DNA of 64,000 nucleotides from an uncultured Chloroflexia bacterium (GTDB lineage: Bacteria; Chloroflexota; Anaerolineae; CG2-30-64-16), in contig CAVZDU010000007.1 in NCBI GenBank assembly GCA_963774265.1, forward strand, positions 320,001 to 384,000, written 5' to 3'. Shown one piece after another: positions 58,469 to 64,000 of the stretch. Position 1 is the first letter of the stretch; each line of letters begins with the position of its first letter. The notes below the pieces were generated by a model. The model was not told the origin of the DNA, searched no databases, and saw nothing but the letters and a program-made list of their open reading frames with translations. The translations under genes and the position numbers were made by a program.

Positions 58469-58901
58469 TTGACAAAACGACTTTTCCTTCTGCTTCCGGT
58501 CCTGCTGATCAGCAGCCTTTTGCTGGCCGCCTGCGGCGGCGGGCAAGCGAATCCCCAGGTCAAGCTGGCCCCCGTCTCGGCGCTGCCTATGCAGATGCAG
58601 CAAGCTCCTGCCGCAGTCCGCACAGCCTACCAGTTCGCCGTCGACCAACCCGGACGCCCTGCGGAACGTGCCGTGCTACTGCGGCTGCGGCGCCATCGGG
58701 CACAAGAGCAACCTGGCCTGCTACATCAAAGAGTTCGGCGCGGACGGCAAGCCGGTTTTCGACGATCACGCCATGGGCTGCAGCATCTGCGTGGACATCG
58801 CCACCGATGTGATGCAGATGACCGGCGAAGGCAAGTCGCCAACCGATATCCGGCAGCAGATCGTGGATACCTACAGCAAGTTCGGGCCGGCGAACCAGTG
58901 A
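58469..58901 (+). CDS. PCYCGC motif lipoprotein, frameshift near 58650
   Basis: AGGAG RBS and TTG start, lipobox LAAC, VPCYCGC, GHKSNLACY, DHAMGCSICVD. Confidence 0.85.
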
Positions 58902-58927
58902 GCACGATGGCAAATGGCAGATAGCAG

Positions 58928-59388
58928 ATGGTGCTGAGCATGAGCCGAACACAATGGTGGGCGGGTGGCATTACCGTGTCACTCGTGCTGTTAACCTTGC
59001 TGGCGCCGCTGCCGGCGATGGGCGCGCCGCCGCAGGAGCGGCACATCACGATCTCGGCCCGCAGCTTTGCGTTCGAGCCAGGCACCGTGCGCGTGAACCG
59101 CGGCGATACGGTGATCGTCAACCTGGAATCAACCGATGTGGTGCACGGGTTGTACGTGGATGGCTACGGCGTCGCGACCCAGGCCGAGCCGGGCCGGCCG
59201 GGGCAAGCTCACCTTTCGTCGCCGACCGGAGCGGAGCCTTCCGCTTCCGCTGCAATGTGGCGTGCGGCAACTTGCACCCGTTCATGATCGGCAAGCTGGT
59301 CGTCGGCCCGAATCTGACCTGGCTGCGGGCGATCGCGGCCACGCTGATCACGGCGGTCGGCGCGCTGGCCGTCTTCTGGAAACGCTGA
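58928..59388 (+). CDS. CuA-type cupredoxin (Cox2-like domain) with TM anchors, frameshift near 59210
   Basis: FAFEPG, DVVHGLY, FRCNVACGNLHPFMIG (H..C-x3-C-x3-H-x2-M). Confidence 0.82.
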
Positions 59389-60750
59389 TGCGCTACGCCA
59401 TTTCGGAGATCCCGGTCATCAAGCGCGTGCTCCGCGTCGCGCTGGCTCCAGTGGAGTCTGACCGCGCTCACGCTGCTTTTCTTCGTGCTGGCGATCATCG
59501 CGGGGCTGGTCGGCACGCCAGCCGGCAACCGCAACTTCGGCATCGTCTTCGTCTGGATCGTCTGGTGGGCGCTGCTGATCCTGCTGCTGGTGCCGTTCGC
59601 GGGCCGGCTGTGGTGCGGCGTCTGTCCCATCCCGGCGCCGGGCGAATGGCTCCAGCGCCGCGCCCTGGTCCAGCCGCGGCCGGGCGGCAAGCTCTACACG
59701 CTGGGCAAGAAGTGGCCCAAGGCCTTGCGCAACATCTGGCTGCAAAACGCCGGCTTCCTGGGTGTGGCGCTCTTTTCCAGCGTCATCCTGACGACGCCCA
59801 TGGCCACGGCGCTGGTGTTGCTCGGCTTCATGATCGTGGCCATCGGCACGAGCCTGGTCTTCGAGCGGCGCACCTTCTGCCGCTACCTCTGCCCGGTCGG
59901 CGGCTTCATCGGGCTGTACAGCCAGGTCGCGCCGATCGAGCTGCGGGTGAAGGACACCGATGTCTGCGCCAGCCACACCGAGAAGACCTGCTACACCGGC
60001 AGCGACGAGGGCTACGGCTGCCCCTGGCTGGTCTTCCCCGGCGGCCTGACGAACAACACCTACTGCGGGCTGTGCACCGAGTGTCTGAAGACCTGCACGC
60101 GCGACAACATCGCCATCTTCGTGCGCCAGCCCGGCGCCGACCTGCTGAAGACCACCGGCCACAAGCTCGATGAAGCCTACAAGGGTCTGATCATGCTGGC
60201 CTGCGCGTTCATCTACTCGACGGTGCTGATCGGGCCGTGGGGCGTGCTGAAGGAAACTGCACGGGCGGTGGGCACGCCGGGCTGGTTTGCCTACGCCGGT
60301 ATCTTCCTGGCGCTGAACCTGGCGATCCTGCCCGGTCTGTTCTGGCTGGCTGTGCGCGGCGGACAACTGATCGGCAGCCCAGCCAAGACCTCCATCCGTA
60401 AGCTTTTCGCCGATTACGCGGCCGTGTTGGTGCCGTTGGGCCTGACCGCCTGGGTCGCGTTCTCGCTGTCGTTCGTGTTGATCAACTTCTCCTATGCCTG
60501 GTCGGTGCTCTCCGACCCGCTGGGCTGGGGCTGGAACCTGCTGGGCACGGTCGGTCTGAAATGGACGCCCTACATCCCAGGGCTCGTGCCCTATCTGCAA
60601 GTGCCGGTGCTGCTGCTCGGCCTGACTGCCGCGCTCGCGTTGGCGCTGCGCACGGCCCGCCAACACGGCCAATCGCCGTGGGCCGCGACGCCAGTGGCGG
60701 TCTTCTGCACCGCCGCGACACTGGGGCTGTTGGGCCTCTACCTGGCCTGA
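59388..60750 (+). CDS. 4Fe-4S binding polytopic membrane protein (NapH/NosR-C-terminal-like), frameshift near 59435
   Basis: GRLWCGVCP, RTFCRYLCPVGG, GCPW, YCGLCTECLKTC; many TM helices. Confidence 0.85.
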
Positions 60751-60787
60751 GGTCGGGCAACGCATAGACAGGGGCATAAGGAAAACG

Positions 60788-61800
60788 ATGGCACGCGGTA
60801 GATCACGGGGCAAGGGAGAGCTTTTTGCGCTGGGCGTTGTCCTGCTGGTGCTCGTGGCCTTCCCGGCCGGCATCTTCGGCTACCAGGCGTGGCGGGTGGC
60901 CTCGGCTGGCGTCAAGGCTGTGGACATCATGGCCCGCGCGCCGGAACAAGGCGGGTTCAGCCCGGATCGGCTGAGCCTCCGGGTGGGTGAGACGGTCGGC
61001 TGCGCATCAGCTCGCCGGACGTGGTGCACGGGTTGACCATCCCTGGCCTGGGCGTCAATGTCGATGAGATCTACCCCGGCAAGGTGGTTGAGGTGGACGT
61101 GACGCCGGACAAGCCGGGGCGTTATGCCTTCGCCTGCACCCGCTGGTGCAGCGTTGATCACTGGCGCATGCGCGGGGTCATCGAGGTGACAGGCGATGGC
61201 CGGCGCGGTCCTGCCGACGGAACAGCCGCCCCTGTTCCAGCAGCTCGGCATCGACATCGACGCCATGCGGCCTGCGGCGCAGGCCACGCCCGAACGCCCG
61301 GCCCTCGATCGCTGCGGGTGCAGCGTTGAACGCGAAGCTGCCGCAGGATCTGACCGACCCGGCCAAGCGCCGCACGCTGACACCCGCCGACGCGTTCCAT
61401 AATCTGCGGGCCGATCCCGCCAACGCCGCGCTGAGCGACGCCGACGTGTGGAACCTGGTGGCCTGGGCCTGGCTCAAGGATGTGCCGCCCGACCGCGCTG
61501 GCGCGCGCCGAGACGCTCTACGCCCGCGACTGCGCGGCCTGCCACGGCCCGGATGGCAAGGGGCAGGGGCCGGCCGGGGTGAATCTGCCCGGCAAGGCCA
61601 AGATGGACCCAGCCATGCCCAAAGGCCCGGCGGACTTCACCGAGGCCGGTGCGATGCTGGCGGCCAGCGACGTGCTGCTCCAGGGCAAGCTGCTGCGCGG
61701 CGGCATGGGCACCGGCATGCCGGAGTTCGGCTCGCTGTATTCCGATGAAGAGCAGTGGGCGATGATCGCCTATCTGCGTACATTTCTGTTCGAGAAATAA
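60788..61800 (+). CDS. CuA-type cupredoxin fused to c-type cytochrome, several frameshifts
   Basis: TM helix, DVVHGL, FACTRWCSVDHWRMRG, then LYARDCAACHG..GMGTGMPEFG. Confidence 0.8.
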
Positions 61801-61828
61801 CACCACGGCTGACAAGAAGGAGGAATGG

Positions 61829-62345
61829 ATGCCTAGTAAGACCAATCAACTACCGAAGGGCGGGAAGGTCAATACCCCGCCCGCGAAGCGCAACGTTCTG
61901 CCGCTCTATCTGGGCGGCGGCGCGCTGCTGGTGATCATCATCGGCGTCGTGCTGATGGCAAATGCCGGGCGCGGTTCGTCCGGTTCGAGCGTTCCGGCAC
62001 AGGTGACCGGCAAGCCAAGCCTGCCTTGTCGATCGAGAGCAGATCGACTTCGGCAAGGTGCCGCTTGACATACCGGTCAAGGCCACCTTCAAGCTCAGCA
62101 ACGTCGGCGATCAGCCGCTGCAGATCCTGAGCCAGCCGGTCGTCGAAGTCAAGCAGGGCTGCTGACCGCCCAAAGCTGTCGTCGGTTCGACGACCATCAA
62201 GCCCGGTCAGAGCACGGAGCTCTCGATGGAATTCATGATGCACAAGGGCATGGAAGGCGCACACGATTTCCGAGTTAAGGTAAAGACTAACGATCCGGTC
62301 AATCCGGAGCAGGAACTGGTCGTGCTATCGGATTGGGGGAAGTGA
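61829..62345 (+). CDS. Membrane-anchored Ig-like (DUF1573-like) protein, candidate selenoprotein (UGA at 62163), frameshift near 62025
   Basis: IDFGKV..ATFKLSNVGDQPLQI..EVKQGC-TGA-PPKAVVGSTTIKPGQSTEL..MMHKGMEGAHDF..KTNDP; frame stays open to TGA 62343. Confidence 0.78.
62178..62194 (+). promoter_or_regulatory. Putative bacterial SECIS hairpin
   Basis: GTCGTCG-GTT-CGACGAC, starting 12 nt after the in-frame UGA, with G at the start of the apical loop. Confidence 0.6.
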
Positions 62346-62503
62346 TCAAACGGGACGATAAACATGGCTGACGAGCAGACGCGCGTAGAAATGCGGATCA
62401 ACTGACACACGAGAAGCGGCGGGGTCGGCGGTCGTTCTCGGTTAGCGGCCTGGCCCAGCGACCACCACTCGATAATATTATCACTTGGCTTGACACGATC
62501 TGG

Positions 62504-62562
62504 GGTGAGACGTGAAACGTGATTACGCAGCACGCAGCACGCATCACCCATCACGCATCACG
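62504..62562. repeat. Heptamer-repeat element (CGTGAnA vs nCACGCA)
   Basis: gtgagacgtgaaacgtgattacgcagcacgcagcacgcatcacccatcacgcatcacgc between convergent genes. Confidence 0.65.
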
Positions 62563-63502
62563 CCCCACACACCTTCACCCACGGCTCGCTCAAGTCATAC
62601 TCCGTGAAGCCCAGGCTGGCGTATAGCGAGCCGGCGGCCTCCGAGTAGGAGCCGACCGCGCAGAGGGTGGCGCCCAGGTCGGCCACGCGGCGCAGCCCTT
62701 CGGCCATCAGCGCCCGGCCCACGCCGCGGCGACGGTGGTCGGGATGCGTGCCCACCGGCTCGAACGCGGCCGTGCGGGTCACGTCGTCGAACCAGAGCGT
62801 GCAGAACGCGGCCAGCTCGCCATCGGGTGCGACGGCCACCAGGTCGAGATCGCGGCGGTAGAGCGGCGCGTGCTGCACGTTGCGATACCAGGTCCAGCCC
62901 TCGTACTTCTCATCCGGTTCGTCGGGGTGGAACGCCCGCCACGAGACCCAACTGCGTGCCGGGTGCTCATCCACGTCGCCCAGCGCGCGCACCGTGTAAC
63001 CGGCGGGCGGGGCGAGGTCGGGGATGGCCGCCGCAGCCATGCGGCGGCGCTGATATTCAGGGTAGTCGCCGCGCGTGTAGCCGCGGCGGGCCAGCAGATC
63101 CTGCCGCACCGCATCCGCCTCATGCGCCCAAATGACCAGCCGCCGGCTGTCGTCGGCCTGGGTGACGGCGAACTGCGTCTCGGCGGCCGAGATCATCACC
63201 TCTTCCAGCTCGGCCGAGCGGAAGGCGGGGTGGACCTGCAAGACCGCCTCGCCCGCGCCCTCGGGATGGAGCACGGCCGCCAGCCGGCCCTCGCCGGTCT
63301 CCCACAGGAACACGGCCGCGCCCAGGTCGAACCGGAAGATGTTCTCGTTGACGTGCCAGCGCCAATAGTCCCAGCGGTACAGCGGCCAGCTCGCCTCGCG
63401 GCGACCGTTCAGCAAGAAAACCTCGCGCAGGAACGCGCGGATCGCCCAATAATCATCCTCCGAACGGTATTTGCGGCGGCCTGGGCGCGGCTGGACGCGC
63501 AA
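62558..63502 (-). CDS. GNAT family N-acetyltransferase
   Basis: DLDLVAVAPDG, FEPVGTHPDHRRRGVGRALM, LYASLGF; start uncertain. Confidence 0.88.
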   Translation of the reverse strand: MRVQPRPGRRKYRSEDDYWAIRAFLREVFLLNGRREASWPLYRWDYWRWHVNENIFRFDLGAAVFLWETGEGRLAAVLHPEGAGEAVLQVHPAFRSAELEEVMISAAETQFAVTQADDSRRLVIWAHEADAVRQDLLARRGYTRGDYPEYQRRRMAAAAIPDLAPPAGYTVRALGDVDEHPARSWVSWRAFHPDEPDEKYEGWTWYRNVQHAPLYRRDLDLVAVAPDGELAAFCTLWFDDVTRTAAFEPVGTHPDHRRRGVGRALMAEGLRRVADLGATLCAVGSYSEAAGSLYASLGFTEYDLSEPWVKVCGA

Positions 63503-64000
63503 TCATGGTCAGGCCATGTTGGCCGGCTTGTGTAAGTTGCACAGCGGATGCTTTGAGCATGCCTGGCACCAGCTCGCTAACAACTGAAGAGTCACCGACA
63601 GTTCTGCGCTATACTCATAACTTGAGCGGCGGGTTTTGCCTTCTCACCGCAGGCAGGCATAATAGGCTGGCCGAAGGGGGCGTCCGCCGCAGCGAGGCGC
63701 CGAGCACATCACGCTCAGGAAGTGATCAATGACGTTACCGTTGCGACCCGTGGTCCCAGGTCTATCAGGCGAGCGCTTCAAAGTCCACTACCAGATTGCT
63801 GGTGCCGAGGCTGAGGCGCGGTCACTGGCCGAAACAGCCCGAGTTGAGCAGAGCGTCGAATTCCCCGCAGAGCTCGTGCCCGATGGCGACATCCGGGATC
63901 GCATCATGGGCCAACTGGAAGCGTTCGAGCCATGCGGCGAGGGGCGCTTCCGAGCGACGATCAGCTTCGCGGTGGAGAGCGCGGGTACCGAGCTGACTCA

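Noticed and set aside
59419-60873. 484-aa minus-strand ORF
   Set aside because: Antisense shadow of the 4Fe-4S membrane protein.
58928-61800. Calling the CuA genes coxB or nosZ
   Set aside because: No subunit I and no beta-propeller CuZ domain; only isolated CuA-motif domains.
46200-62500. Copper island as an active mobile element
   Set aside because: No integrase, transposase, tRNA or terminal repeats seen in the window.
63510-64000. Short ORFs at the right edge
   Set aside because: No recognisable motif or reliable start; may be the end of a gene outside the window.

Overview
GC-rich bacterial window, probably Chloroflexota (Anaerolineae/Caldilineae-like; inferred from gene content and repeat style). 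It has three parts. (1) 1-42 kb: an almost entirely minus-strand carbohydrate region. From a clear sigma70 promoter with a XylR/ROK-type operator (~38.95 kb) it runs HAD hydrolase, GH3, ROK regulator, MFS, GH2 beta-glucuronidase, uxaC, gluconokinase, mannonate-type SDR, LarA-family epimerase, PfkB kinase, tkt, tal, rpiA, short gnd, Ca-ATPase, glgM, glgE, pgi, glgC, gap, mgsA, a second ROK and long gnd, followed by LCP, a zinc protease and two ABC exporters. This reads as a glucuronide -> mannonate -> gluconate -> pentose phosphate -> alpha-glucan route, with no uxuA, eda or zwf in the window. (2) 42-46 kb: BTAD/AAA/TPR regulator and DoxX. (3) 46-62.5 kb: a partly decayed copper/redox island (cupredoxin, CopA, YHS, cytochrome c, DUF2085, two-component system, rhodanese, SHOCT). 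Divergent from it is a five-gene operon: PCYCGC lipoprotein, CuA-type cupredoxin, 4Fe-4S membrane protein, cupredoxin-cytochrome c fusion, and an Ig-like protein with an in-frame UGA (G-C-U-P-P) followed by a SECIS-like hairpin, a candidate selenoprotein missed by the ORF track. Many genes carry 1-2 nt frameshifts, most likely long-read errors. Many gene junctions hold heptamer-repeat hairpins. All calls come from reading the sequence; no database search was run.
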